Shown: positions 33,223 to 43,243, numbered from the stretch's first letter. The stretch is 64,000 nucleotides of DNA from an uncultured delta proteobacterium (GCA_963716725.1 CAVQUB010000021.1:128001-192000), one strand, 5' to 3'. The notes: a model not told the origin generated them from the sequence alone. Numbers and translations: made by a program.

Positions 33223-35397
33223 TCAGCGCGCGCGCCGGCGGCGCAGCCCGAGCCCGAGCACCAGGGCGCCGAGCGCCGCCAGCCCTCCGCCGGATCCGGT
33301 CTGACCCGGCAGCGCGCAGCCGCAACCAGGATCTTCGTCGCTGTCCGCGGCGCCCGTCGGAGCCGGCGGCGGAGGCGGGGGCGGAGGCACGTCGCCACAC
33401 ATCCCGGGTTCCGAGGTCTGGCTCGAGCACTGCTCGCCCGTCGGGCAACCGTTGCCGCCTTCGCCGCGGCAGCCCTCGATGCACTTGTCGCCCTCGCAGA
33501 TGCGCCCGCTCTGGGGTCCGCCACAGTCGTCGTCGGTGTCGCAGCCGCAGACCGGCTCGAGCTTGGCGAGGCAGACGGGCCCGTTCGCGTCGTTCACGCA
33601 CTCGGCGGCGTTGGGGCCCGGCGTGCAGGCTTGGCACTTGCCACCCACGCAGGCCTGCGCGTTCGAGGGACACGCGCTGGTGTTGGTGGTCGAGCACTCG
33701 CCGCAGGTGCCGTTGGGCTGGCAGGCGGGCAGCTTCGGATCCGTGCACTCGGCGTCGGTCGCGCAGGGCTGACAGGTGTGAGTGGTGACGTCGCAGAAGG
33801 GCTTCTGCGCAGGGCAGTGCGAGTTGTCGTCGCACTCGTCCACGGTCACGGTGGTCGGCTGCGCCCCGGGAGTGACCGGATCGCCGTCCGAGAGCCAGAT
33901 CTTCTTCGAGCCGCCGGATTGCCCCGAAGCGGCCACGCTGCCCTGATTCGGAACCGACTCGCCCATGCCCGCCTTCACCTTGGCGCGGAAGCGGATCTCG
34001 AAGCCCGCGCCCACCACCAGCTTGCCGCCCTGGCTCGTGTCGGCGCCGCTGCCCAGTCGAAGGCGCAGCGTGCGGGTCAGGGGATCCCACTCGCCACGGT
34101 CGTCACCGGCCGCGTCGGACATCGGAACGCTTACGCCGTTCTCGACGCTCACCAAGCTCGCAGCCACGAACTCGAGCCGCGGATCGAGCACGTCTTCCCA
34201 GACCGTGTTCACCGCGCTGTCATTGCCGGTGTTCTTCGACTTCAGCACGTACTCGACCACGTCGTTCTCGAGCAGCACGCCGCCGTTCAGATCCGTCGCG
34301 ACCTTGTCGTAGTCGGGGAAATCTGGCGACAGATTGGTGATCGACGTCACGAACCCGCCGAGCAAGAACTTGTCCTCGGCAGACTCGGCGGACAGCTTTG
34401 CGCTCTTGTCGCCGGCCTTGACCAAGCTGGTGACGTCCACGGTGTCGAGGTCGTATCCGCCCATGGTTCCGGCCAACCCGCTCAGCTTGGGCACGTCGCT
34501 GGCGCCGCTGACGGGAGCGCCCAAGAAGCTCCGCGATCCGTTGAAGAAGTTGTCCTTGGGGTTGCCCGTCGACGCCAGGTATTGACCGTTGAAGGAGAGC
34601 TTGTCGCCGGAGTACACGGTGTCACCCTCGTAGGTGAACGCGGTCATCTTCGCGGTGTAACCCGAGGGGACCAGGAAGCCCGACAGCGTGACCGCCGCGG
34701 CGTTGAGGCCGAACTCGGGCGCGACGTGGGTGAAGCCGTCGAAGAGCGCGAGGTTGCGCAGCTCGTCTCCGGTGCGCTGGTAGAACACCACCAGGGTCCA
34801 GGCCGAGAAGGCGAGGTGCGCGTCCACGTTGGCCATCGGGATGGCGTCCACGTCGGTCACGCGAAAGTCCGGCGCCGCCCACTGGGACACCAACTGCGTC
34901 ACGTCGGCCGTCGACTGGTAGTAGTACCAATCGGGGTGCTGAGCGAAGCCGTAGAACGTGGTCCACGAAGCATCCGCGGTGACGACGCTGGGAATGCCGG
35001 TCGCGCTGTCGACGGTGACGTTCTTGTCGGGAGTGTTGCCGACCTGCAGCGCTCCCCAGTAGAGGCGCGCGTATTGGACCTTCGCTCCGGGCGGCAGCGT
35101 GAGGGTCGCGCTGGTACGAGCCTTGGTCGGCGCAATGGCGTTCGAGGCCACGTTGTCGCGCCAGTAGAGATCGGGCGCGGTGTCCGAGACGTTGGAGACT
35201 CCGGAGCACGAGACCTTCGAGCCCGCGGGGGCCGCCGGCATGCCCGCGGCGCAGTCGAACGCGAGCGTCGAGCCGATCACCACCGCATCCCCTTGTAGAT
35301 CTGCCTGGTGGCGGAGCTTGGGCGGGTGGTCAGGAGCGGCGGCCGCCGGGAGCGCGGTCAGGGTGGCCAGAAGCGAGACGATGTGGGCTCGAGACAT
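33223..35397 (-). CDS. MYXO-CTERM surface protein with N-terminal DUF3344-like region, DUF11-like domain and Cys-rich repeats
   Basis: Signal peptide; YARLYW, WTLVVFY; KVATDLNGG...NTGND; C-terminal GCGCALPG...LAALGALVLGLGLRRRRAR; GGAGG 9 nt before ATG 35397. Confidence 0.88.
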   Translation of the reverse strand: MSRAHIVSLLATLTALPAAAAPDHPPKLRHQADLQGDAVVIGSTLAFDCAAGMPAAPAGSKVSCSGVSNVSDTAPDLYWRDNVASNAIAPTKARTSATLTLPPGAKVQYARLYWGALQVGNTPDKNVTVDSATGIPSVVTADASWTTFYGFAQHPDWYYYQSTADVTQLVSQWAAPDFRVTDVDAIPMANVDAHLAFSAWTLVVFYQRTGDELRNLALFDGFTHVAPEFGLNAAAVTLSGFLVPSGYTAKMTAFTYEGDTVYSGDKLSFNGQYLASTGNPKDNFFNGSRSFLGAPVSGASDVPKLSGLAGTMGGYDLDTVDVTSLVKAGDKSAKLSAESAEDKFLLGGFVTSITNLSPDFPDYDKVATDLNGGVLLENDVVEYVLKSKNTGNDSAVNTVWEDVLDPRLEFVAASLVSVENGVSVPMSDAAGDDRGEWDPLTRTLRLRLGSGADTSQGGKLVVGAGFEIRFRAKVKAGMGESVPNQGSVAASGQSGGSKKIWLSDGDPVTPGAQPTTVTVDECDDNSHCPAQKPFCDVTTHTCQPCATDAECTDPKLPACQPNGTCGECSTTNTSACPSNAQACVGGKCQACTPGPNAAECVNDANGPVCLAKLEPVCGCDTDDDCGGPQSGRICEGDKCIEGCRGEGGNGCPTGEQCSSQTSEPGMCGDVPPPPPPPPAPTGAADSDEDPGCGCALPGQTGSGGGLAALGALVLGLGLRRRRAR

Positions 35398-35423
35398 GGG
35401 AAGCATCCTCCGCTCGGCCATGT

Positions 35424-35439
35424 AGCAATCTGTGTGCCG
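35424..35439 (-). promoter_or_regulatory. sigma54 -24/-12 promoter for the MYXO-CTERM gene
   Basis: Minus strand CGGCACACAGATTGCT = GG-N10-GC with GGCAC and TTGC. Confidence 0.72.
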
Positions 35440-35606
35440 ATGTAGGTGCGAGGTCTACACGCGGACAAATCCCACATTTTCAGCGGCGGAGCGCGGCGAA
35501 TGGCCGGCGCAGCCTGGCGACCGCCAACCTGGAGTTGGCTGTAGGCGGGTGCACCAGCGGGGCCCGGAGCCAGGATTCGCAGCCCGCGCGCGACCCGACG
35601 GACTCA

Positions 35607-35864
35607 TCAGTTGAAGCCGCCGCAACCGCCGCCGCCGCAGGGGCCACCCGCAATCTCACACGAGTTGGTGGGGATGCCGCAACCGCCGCTGAACTCCGGC
35701 GTCGAGCTGCCGCCGCGCACGAAGGTGCTCGACAAGATGCGCCGCAACGGCGCGCCCGTGTCCGGGTGCGCGGTGAGCGCGGCGTCGCTCATCCTCTGCT
35801 CGGCCTCGTAGAGGCCTTGGACGCTTCCATCGGGACCGAGGACTTCGTATTCGTAGACAGGCAC
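35607..35864 (-). CDS. FmdB-family (zinc-ribbon-like) regulatory protein, variant lacking the ribbon cysteines
   Basis: MPVYEYE...EQRMSDAALTAHPDTGAPLRRILS; Gly/Cys-rich tail. Confidence 0.8.
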   Translation of the reverse strand: MPVYEYEVLGPDGSVQGLYEAEQRMSDAALTAHPDTGAPLRRILSSTFVRGGSSTPEFSGGCGIPTNSCEIAGGPCGGGGCGGFN

Positions 35865-35899
35865 GACGCTGATCTACCAAAAGCGCAGCGGCGCGCAAC

Positions 35900-36577
35900 T
35901 CATCGACGCTTGACGCCCCCGAGCATGAGGGCCGGTGTGCCGGGGACGCGGTGCACCTCGGTCTGCTCCAGGGGCAGGCCCGCGAGCAGCTCCCGCGCGT
36001 CGTCGAGATCGATGGCTTGCCCGGCGACCCAGGTTCGGAAGGCCGCGAGCGCCATGCCCCGGAGCGGGCTCGGCAGGCGCCAGCGCCGCACAAAGTCCCG
36101 CGCGTCCCCGAGTCGACAGCCCCGATCGGCTTCGAAGACCATCAACCGACCACCCGGCGCGAGCACCCGGACGCACTCCGCGAGGCCCTGCGCCTGATCC
36201 GGCCAGTGCTTGATGCTGGCCACGCTGGTCACCAAGTCGAAGCGCCCGCTCTCGAAGGGCAAGTCGAGGGCCGAACCCTGCACGAAGGTCGCGCGCGCTC
36301 CCAGGCCGCGGTCCCGCGCGCGCTGGCTGGCCCGCGACACTTGGTCGGGGGAGAGATCCAGGCCCGTCACCGCGGCGCGCGGCCGACGCTCCGCGAGTTC
36401 GAGAGCGAGCTGTCCGCCGCCGGCGCCGACGTCGAGCACCTTCGCGTCTTCGCCGACGAAGTCGACCAGCTCTGCGGCAATGCGCTCGCCCATGGCCAGG
36501 ACCGCCGGCGCGATCACCCGATCGTAGATCAACGACTCGACCGCCGAGTACGGCGCGGACATGTCAGCAAGCACCAT
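35900..36577 (-). CDS. Class I SAM-dependent methyltransferase
   Basis: VLDVGAGGG, GLDLS, GSALDLPF, FDLV, RVLAPGG. Confidence 0.9.
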   Translation of the reverse strand: MVLADMSAPYSAVESLIYDRVIAPAVLAMGERIAAELVDFVGEDAKVLDVGAGGGQLALELAERRPRAAVTGLDLSPDQVSRASQRARDRGLGARATFVQGSALDLPFESGRFDLVTSVASIKHWPDQAQGLAECVRVLAPGGRLMVFEADRGCRLGDARDFVRRWRLPSPLRGMALAAFRTWVAGQAIDLDDARELLAGLPLEQTEVHRVPGTPALMLGGVKRR

Positions 36578-36580
36578 CGC

Positions 36581-37243
36581 TCACTCCGGCGGCGCGACCA
36601 GGGGCCGCGGCTCGCCCTTTCCGACCACCATGGTCACGAGGAAGAACTTCTTGAGCGGGCGACGCGACTTCGCTTCTGCGCCGATCCCCCAGAGCCCGAC
36701 CTGGAGCTCGACCTTGTCGCCTGCGACGAGCGGCTTGTCCTTGGGCCCGGTCGGCCACTTGCGCTCGAGCTTGGCGATGGTCCCGGGCGTGACGAAGTCC
36801 TCGTCGTCACCCTCCCGCGTGTCCGTCTGGGACTCGACCTTGCCGCCCTTGCGGGTGATCCTGGCGGCGATGGCGAGCGCTCCCGACTTCGGCTTCAGGA
36901 GGGAGTGCATCGCGTCGTCCTCGGCTTCGCCCTCGACGTCGATCGCGATGCCCCAACCCGCGCCGACCCGGACGGCCTTGACGCTGGGCTTGAAGCGGAC
37001 GCCTTCGACCACCACCTCGAGCTTGCCCGAGGCCATCACGTAGTTGACCTCGCGTGGAGTGGTGTCCGCGGGCTCGGCGGCGGGTTCGGTCGCGGGCTCC
37101 GCGCTCGCCGTGGGCGGGGGCTCGGCGCTCGGGACAGGTAGCGGGCTGGGTTCGGCCTTCGACGGCGTCGGCGCGTGCGTCGCCAGCGGCGGTGAGCCGC
37201 ACCCCGCGAGCGCCAACGTCACCAAGGTCCATGCCTGCTTCAT
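36581..37243 (-). CDS. Hypothetical lipoprotein
   Basis: MKQAWTLVTLALAGC lipobox; Pro-rich linker; ATG overlaps the upstream stop. Confidence 0.8.
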   Translation of the reverse strand: MKQAWTLVTLALAGCGSPPLATHAPTPSKAEPSPLPVPSAEPPPTASAEPATEPAAEPADTTPREVNYVMASGKLEVVVEGVRFKPSVKAVRVGAGWGIAIDVEGEAEDDAMHSLLKPKSGALAIAARITRKGGKVESQTDTREGDDEDFVTPGTIAKLERKWPTGPKDKPLVAGDKVELQVGLWGIGAEAKSRRPLKKFFLVTMVVGKGEPRPLVAPPE

Positions 37244-38415
37244 GCTCTCGCCTCCGACCATTCTCGCTTCACGCTCTCGAGCAACGCGGCGTCTTCCAGC
37301 AGATCGAGCGTCGTTCGCGCCATGGCCTTGGCAGCGACCAACATCGTATCGAAACCGCGGGGGCTGGCCGCACACGCGAGGAAGCGATGCTCGTGGCAGA
37401 GCGACTCGCCCTGGTCGCAGATGGCCAGATAGGGATGAATTGACGGGACGATATGGCTCACATCGCCCATGTCCGTGGAGCCCGCCCCCACGCGATCGTC
37501 GGCCTCCCGGGCGGATCGACCCAGCGCTTGAAGCGCCGCCCCGAAGCGCCGCGCCATGGTCAGGTTGTTGATGATCTCGCGGTAGCCCGTGCGCACCGAA
37601 ATCGATACGTCGACACCTGCCGCCAGCGCTGCGCCTCGCGCGCAACGCTCGACGATGCCGCGGACACGCTCGAGTTCCGGCTGAGACCTCGCGCGCACCG
37701 AGAACTCGCAGGCGGCTCGCTCGGGGATGATGTTCACGGCCTGACCGCCGTTGGTCACGAAGCCGTGCACACGAACGCCGTCGCGGAAGTGCACGCGCTG
37801 CGAGTCGATCAATCGAAAGGTCTCCAAGCAGGCCGTGAGCGCGCTCGAGCCATCCCAGGGCGCGGCCGAGGCGTGGGAGGGTGTGCCCTCGAAGCGCATC
37901 TCGAGCCATTTGTTGGCAAGCGCCGGGTGCGTGAGCAGGTCGCGATCGAAAGGATGAAACATCATCGCAGCGTCCACGCCCTCGAACACCCCCTGCTCGA
38001 TCAACCGGATCTTGCCCGCGCCGCCTTCTTCGGCCGGCGTCCCGATGATCTCGACGGTGCCTGGAAGCTCGGGACCGAGCCGGGCGAGGGAGAGGAAGGC
38101 GCCGACGGCGCCGCCCGCGATCAGGTTGTGGCCGCAGGCGTGCCCGATCTCCGGGAGCGCGTCGTACTCCGCCAGAATCGCGACGCGCGGGCCTTGCCCG
38201 TTGCCGCTCTTGGCGCGGAACGCCGTGGGATACCCACCGAGCTCGCGCTCGACTTGGACTTTGCCGAGCTGTTCGAGCGCCTCGCTGATCCAGGCCGCAG
38301 CTCGGTGCTCCTCCCAGCGCAGCTCGGGGTTTTCGTGCACCCGACGCGAGAGGTCGACGAGCGGCTCCCGGAGATCGTCCACGGCGCGATCGGTCAGCGT
38401 GCGGTCGATGGCCAT
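37240..38415 (-). CDS. M20 family amidohydrolase (ACY1L2/PM20D2-like)
   Basis: HENPEL, EYDALP, GHACGHNLI, GTPAEEGG, GSTDMGDVS. Confidence 0.93.
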   Translation of the reverse strand: MAIDRTLTDRAVDDLREPLVDLSRRVHENPELRWEEHRAAAWISEALEQLGKVQVERELGGYPTAFRAKSGNGQGPRVAILAEYDALPEIGHACGHNLIAGGAVGAFLSLARLGPELPGTVEIIGTPAEEGGAGKIRLIEQGVFEGVDAAMMFHPFDRDLLTHPALANKWLEMRFEGTPSHASAAPWDGSSALTACLETFRLIDSQRVHFRDGVRVHGFVTNGGQAVNIIPERAACEFSVRARSQPELERVRGIVERCARGAALAAGVDVSISVRTGYREIINNLTMARRFGAALQALGRSAREADDRVGAGSTDMGDVSHIVPSIHPYLAICDQGESLCHEHRFLACAASPRGFDTMLVAAKAMARTTLDLLEDAALLESVKREWSEARA

Positions 38416-38466
38416 GGCCGGAAAGAATTAGCACGCGACGGCGGTCTTTTGTCGCAGGATGCGCCC

Positions 38467-39582
38467 GTGCAACGCGCAGCTGTCTTGATGCTCGTTTCTC
38501 TGGTGGTGGTGGCCTGCGAGCGACCCGACTCGCCTCGGGTCGTTGCCGCCAATGACTCCGAGAAACCCCTCGGTCCGGCCACTTCGGTGTCCGCCGCTCC
38601 TCCCCCTTCCGCGGCTCCGTTCAAGATCGACGTCACCGCCAAGGCCATGGGCACCGAGGTGCGCGTCATCGCGTTCTCGAACGCGAAAGCAGACGAAGCC
38701 CAGACTCGGGCCGCCATCGATGGGGCCATCGGCGAGATCCGCCGCCTCGAGGACGTCATGACCACCTGGCGGGCGAGCGAGCTCGAGAGCCTCAACCAGA
38801 AGTCGGGCGAATGGGTGGAGGTCGGCCCAGACTCCCTCGACGTGCTCGACAAGAGCATCTGGGCCGGCAAAATCTCCAAGGGGACCTTCGACATCAGCTT
38901 TGCGTCCATGAACGACGTATGGAAGTTCGGTGACGCAGCAGATCCGGAGCCGAAGCTCCCGAGCAAGTTGGAGATCGCCAAGCGCCGCAAGCTGGTCGAC
39001 TTCGAGAAGATCGAGCTCGATCGCGCCGGCAAGCGCGCGCGTATCGGCAAGGGACAGCGCATCGACGTGGGAGGCATCGCCAAGGGCTACGCCGTGGACG
39101 CCGCGACGCGCGTTCTGCGAAAGGCGAGCGTGACCGACTTCTTGGTGCAGGCGGGGGGCGACTTGTTCGGCTCCGGCAAGAAGCCCGACGGGTCGCGCTG
39201 GGTCAGCGGGATCCGGGATCCGCGCGGCAGCGCCACGACCTTCTTCGCGACCATCGAGCTCGAGAACCACGCCTTCTCGACGGCCGGCGACTACGCGCGC
39301 TCCTTCGTCAAAGACGGCAAGCGCTACCACCACATCATCGATCCGCGAACGGGCTGGCCCGCGACGGCCTGCCGCAGCGTGACCATCTGGGCGGGCGACG
39401 CCTTCACCGCCGATGCGGTCGACGACGCGGTCTTCATCCTCGGCCCGGACGAAGGCTTGGCTCTGGTCGAATCGCTGCCGGACGTGGGCGCGGTGATCGT
39501 CGATGCGAAGAACCAGGTCCACGTCAGCCGTCGCCTCGAAGGCAAGGTGAAGATCACTCAGCCGCCGACGGACGCGCCGTGA
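38467..39582 (+). CDS. apbE: FAD:protein FMN transferase
   Basis: VVAC lipobox, AMGT, GTFDIS, DVGGIAKGYAVD, GGD, STAGDY, YHHIIDPRTG. Confidence 0.92.
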   Translation: MQRAAVLMLVSLVVVACERPDSPRVVAANDSEKPLGPATSVSAAPPPSAAPFKIDVTAKAMGTEVRVIAFSNAKADEAQTRAAIDGAIGEIRRLEDVMTTWRASELESLNQKSGEWVEVGPDSLDVLDKSIWAGKISKGTFDISFASMNDVWKFGDAADPEPKLPSKLEIAKRRKLVDFEKIELDRAGKRARIGKGQRIDVGGIAKGYAVDAATRVLRKASVTDFLVQAGGDLFGSGKKPDGSRWVSGIRDPRGSATTFFATIELENHAFSTAGDYARSFVKDGKRYHHIIDPRTGWPATACRSVTIWAGDAFTADAVDDAVFILGPDEGLALVESLPDVGAVIVDAKNQVHVSRRLEGKVKITQPPTDAP

Positions 39583-39614
39583 AACTTCGTGCCATGGGCC
39601 GCGTAGTCAGCTCG

Positions 39615-40331
39615 ATGAGGTCCTCGCTCGTCGTGCTCTTCGCCCTCGCTTCCACCGCGTGCACCGGCTCGACCGATTCGGGCCCTGTCGGCTCTGGTTC
39701 GGGCGGCTCGGCCGGTGGGGGAGCGGTGGGCGGCAGCTCCGCGGGCGGCTCGGGTGGCTCGGCGGGCTCGGCGGGCTCGGCGGGCTCGGCGGGCTCGGGT
39801 GGCGGGGTCGGTTCCGGGGGATCCCTGGGGAGCGGGGGCAACGGCGGCTGGGGCCCGAGCGCCTGCCCCGCACCCACCACCAAGCTCGGGTACTCGGTCG
39901 GCGACACCCTCGGCGACGTCGTCGTGGTGGACTGCGATACCGGTGCGCCGCGGAGCCTCGAAGAGGTGTGCGGCGCGTCGGCCGCTTGGGTCTTCGTTGC
40001 GCACTCCCACTGCCCCACCTGCAAGGCAACGGCGGGCTTCACCGCCTCAGTGGCCCAGAAAGTCGCCGCTCAGAACATCGCCATCGCGCACATCATGTAC
40101 GACGACAACGGGACCAGCTGCGCCGATTGGAAGAAGGCGTACTCGCTCGAAGGCATCTCCAACCTGAAGGTCTACGAAGATCCCACGGGCGCTGCCTGGA
40201 CGAAGCTAAAGACCTCGAACTACACGGCCCCCAGCGTGATCTTGAGCTCGTCGCGGGTGATCACCCACCAAGAGCACGGCATGAACGAGACCGAGGTGCT
40301 CGCCGCGCTTCAGGTCGCCCTCGGAAAGTGA
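39615..40331 (+). CDS. Thioredoxin-fold (CPTC) lipoprotein with Gly/Ser linker
   Basis: STAC lipobox, GYSVGD, HSHCPTC, YTAP; 9-bp GGCTCGGCG repeats in the linker. Confidence 0.75.
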   Translation: MRSSLVVLFALASTACTGSTDSGPVGSGSGGSAGGGAVGGSSAGGSGGSAGSAGSAGSAGSGGGVGSGGSLGSGGNGGWGPSACPAPTTKLGYSVGDTLGDVVVVDCDTGAPRSLEEVCGASAAWVFVAHSHCPTCKATAGFTASVAQKVAAQNIAIAHIMYDDNGTSCADWKKAYSLEGISNLKVYEDPTGAAWTKLKTSNYTAPSVILSSSRVITHQEHGMNETEVLAALQVALGK

Positions 40332-40424
40332 AGCCCGCCCGAACGGCCAAGAATTCGCAGAGTAGCCACTAACTCGCCTCCGCGAAAACAGCTCCGATAC
40401 CATTTCGGAACTGGAGGACATCGG

Positions 40425-40784
40425 ATGCACGAGAGAAGAGTTCGTCGCTCGCTGGAGCGCGGAGAGGCGCTTTCGTACCAGCTCGACGCCTGCGTAGAGC
40501 GGACGGGAGCGAAATTCATGGTGCTCGCGGACGACGGCGGGCTGGTGCTGGCCAGCTCGAGCTGGGACGCGGACGAGTGCGAGGAGACCGCGGCGCGCAT
40601 GGCGACGCTGGGCCTCTGCGAGGACTCGGTCGGCGAGGTCTGGCGCGAAGATCGTGCGCTGGCCGTCCTCGGCTTTTCGGCCATCGGCCAGCGCCTGACC
40701 CTGGGGATCGGGGGGCCATCGGTGGACGGCCTGCTGCCCGAAGTCCAAAGCGCCATCGACGGCGCCAAGCGCATCTTGGCCTGA
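40425..40784 (+). CDS. Roadblock/LC7 (MglB-like) domain protein
   Basis: MVLADDGGLVLASS roadblock signature; GGAGG RBS. Confidence 0.65.
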   Translation: MHERRVRRSLERGEALSYQLDACVERTGAKFMVLADDGGLVLASSSWDADECEETAARMATLGLCEDSVGEVWREDRALAVLGFSAIGQRLTLGIGGPSVDGLLPEVQSAIDGAKRILA

Positions 40785-40820
40785 CGCCAGGACCCGACCA
40801 GGCCGCGCGCTCGCGCCGGC

Positions 40821-41357
40821 TCACTCCTCGTCGGCGAACTCGTCGCTCTCGGGGATCTCGTCCACGCCTTTGCCGCCGCGCACCGGGATGGCGCGGGCGT
40901 GGGCGACCTTCTCGAGCGCCAGCGCCAGCCCCGCTCGGTTGCCCACCTCCGGCAAGAGCGCGTGGGTCCCGTCCCACAGGTCGAGCACGACGGCGCGCGG
41001 TTGATCCAAGATGATGCGGTCGATCTGCGGCCAGCGATAGCGCCGGACGCGAGGCCAGCCGAGCGCGAGCACGTCCCGATATTCGACACCGTCCGCACGG
41101 ATGCGCACTCCCCGCATGCTGGCGCGGAGCAAGACCGAGAAGGCCGAAGCCGCGATCAGCGCGGCGAAGGTCCGCGAGCTGATCACGCGCCGTGGATCCT
41201 GCTCGACAATCCATGCGTGCAGACTGGACCCCCTCGGCCCGACGTGCGCAGCAACGACCACGCCGATGGCGGTCAACGCGAGCATCAGATAGATGATCGT
41301 CGGCAACAGGGCCACCACCGGCGGACCGAAGGAGGTCTCCGCCGGTCGGTAGGTCAT
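40821..41357 (-). CDS. Membrane protein with two TM helices and a bacterial PH-like domain
   Basis: GVRIRADGVEYR...RRYRWPQI after two TM helices. Confidence 0.72.
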   Translation of the reverse strand: MTYRPAETSFGPPVVALLPTIIYLMLALTAIGVVVAAHVGPRGSSLHAWIVEQDPRRVISSRTFAALIAASAFSVLLRASMRGVRIRADGVEYRDVLALGWPRVRRYRWPQIDRIILDQPRAVVLDLWDGTHALLPEVGNRAGLALALEKVAHARAIPVRGGKGVDEIPESDEFADEE

Positions 41358-41484
41358 GTCGAACCCGGGGGGACGCGACTGCCGAGGCACTGGGGATGGA
41401 ACCTAGCTCCCGACCCTTTCCTTGGAAAGACGCTCGTCCTTGCCGCCGCCCCGGGGTTTCGCTACGTGAAGCCCAGAGGTCAGC

Positions 41485-42132
41485 ATGAAGTTCTTCATCG
41501 ACAGCGGCGACATCGGCGAAATCAAAGAGGCCTGGGCCATGGGCGCCATCGACGGCGTGACCACCAACCCTTCCCTGCTTTCCAAGGCGGGTTTGTCCAC
41601 GCGGAAGGCCATCGAGCAGATCTGTGAGGTCGTGGACGGCCCGATCTCGGCCGAAGTGCTGGCCACCGACACCCAGGGCATCCTGTCCGAGGGCCGGGAG
41701 CTGGCCAAAATCCACAAGAACATCGTGGTCAAGGTGCCGCTCTTGGTGGACGGCCTGAAGGCTGTGCGGGTGTTCACCGGCGAGAGCATCAAGACCAACG
41801 TGACGCTGTGCTTCTCCGCCACCCAGGCGCTGCTCGCCGCGAAGGCCGGCGCTACCTACATCTCGCCCTTCGTCGGCCGCCTCGACGACTTGGCCGAAGA
41901 CGGCATGGATCTGATCCAGCAGATCGTCACCATCTACGACAACTACGACTTCGACACCGAGGTGCTGGTCGCGAGCGTACGGCACCCGATCCACATCGTG
42001 CAGGCTGCGCTCATGGGCGCCCACGTGGCGACGATCCCGTTCAAGGTCATCACGCAGCTCGTCAAGCACCCCATGACCGATCTCGGGCTGGCGAAGTTCC
42101 TCGAAGACGCGAAGAAGATCCCGCGGGACTGA
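41485..42132 (+). CDS. tal: Transaldolase / fructose-6-phosphate aldolase family
   Basis: [33 protein letters not shown]. Confidence 0.93.
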   Translation: MKFFIDSGDIGEIKEAWAMGAIDGVTTNPSLLSKAGLSTRKAIEQICEVVDGPISAEVLATDTQGILSEGRELAKIHKNIVVKVPLLVDGLKAVRVFTGESIKTNVTLCFSATQALLAAKAGATYISPFVGRLDDLAEDGMDLIQQIVTIYDNYDFDTEVLVASVRHPIHIVQAALMGAHVATIPFKVITQLVKHPMTDLGLAKFLEDAKKIPRD

Positions 42133-42136
42133 GCGC

Positions 42137-42682
42137 GTGCCCGCCTACGTTCGACGCAGCGGCAAGCGATCGCCACCGCTCGCTGCGGGCACCGTTCGCA
42201 CCCTCGCGACTCGCATGCTCTCAGGGCTCGGGCTCGAGCGGGCCGAGCTCAGCGTGCTGCTGACTGACGACGCGACCATCCGCGAGCTCAATCGGCAGTG
42301 GCGGCAGCAAGACAAGCCCACCGACGTGCTCGCTTTCCCCATCGACGAGCGCGCGGGTCGAGCCGCGCACGAGCGCTCGAGCGACGCGCTTCGCGATACC
42401 CGGAGGGGTGGCGGAAAAGATTTGATCCTGGGAGACGTCGTGATTTCGCTGGAGACCGCGGCACACCAGGCACGCTCGCGTCGGCGCGAGCTTTCCGAAG
42501 AAGTCCGCTTCTTGCTCGCGCACGGCCTGCTGCACCTGATCGGATTCGACCACGCAGACGCGGACGAGAAGCGGGAGATGGTCGCCGCCACGCGTCGGCT
42601 GGTGAAGGCAGCGGCCGCTCCGACCACGAGCAAACCGCCGCCAGCTACGCCGCGCCGACCCCGAAAGTCGCGCTCGGCGTAG
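42137..42682 (+). CDS. ybeY: rRNA maturation endoribonuclease YbeY
   Basis: LNRQWR..DKPTDVLAF, LGDVVIS, HGLLHLIGFDH. Confidence 0.95.
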   Translation: MPAYVRRSGKRSPPLAAGTVRTLATRMLSGLGLERAELSVLLTDDATIRELNRQWRQQDKPTDVLAFPIDERAGRAAHERSSDALRDTRRGGGKDLILGDVVISLETAAHQARSRRRELSEEVRFLLAHGLLHLIGFDHADADEKREMVAATRRLVKAAAAPTTSKPPPATPRRPRKSRSA

Positions 42683-42931
42683 ACGGTCCATCGCGCTGGA
42701 TCCGCATGGCGACAGGGGCAAATTGCTGCCGATCGGGGCCCCAACCAGCCGCGGAGCCAAAAAAAAGGCGTTTTTGTGTGTCTCGCCATCGAATTTCGCT
42801 TGAACGGCGGAAATTCCCTTGTTACCTGTCGCGTGCCTTGTACGGCTCTCGCGATGACCTCATGGGTTCACGGGGTGGCCTAGAGGGCGGGACACGGCGA
42901 AAAGCTCAAGTTTCTATTCAGGAGGCGAGAT

Positions 42932-43243
42932 ATGGCTGGCAAGAGGCTGACGAAGGCTCAGGTAGTTGGAGAGGTCGCGAGTGTGACCGAGTTGGACAAG
43001 AAGAGCGTGAACCGTGTGTTCGAGGCGCTGCAGGAGATCATCCGCAAGCAGCTCTCAGCGCGTGGCCCCGGCGAGTTCGTGGTGCCGGGTCTGGTGAAGC
43101 TCCGCGTGGTGAAGAAGCCCGCGACCAAGGAGCGCCAGGGCATCAACCCGTTCACCAAGGAACCGATCACGATCCCGGCGAAGCCGGCGAGCAAGAAGGT
43201 CCGCGCGACCGCCCTCAAGGCGCTCAAAGATCTGGTGCAGTGA
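42932..43243 (+). CDS. HU family DNA-binding protein
   Basis: LTKAQVV..., KPATKERQGINPFTKEPITIPAKPA; AGGAGG RBS. Confidence 0.92.
   Translation: MAGKRLTKAQVVGEVASVTELDKKSVNRVFEALQEIIRKQLSARGPGEFVVPGLVKLRVVKKPATKERQGINPFTKEPITIPAKPASKKVRATALKALKDLVQ

Noticed and set aside
39756..39798. 9-bp GGCTCGGCG repeats and similar GC-rich repeats at about 2425-2520 and 59520-59670
   Set aside because: They encode ordinary Gly/Ser/Ala linkers of lipoproteins.
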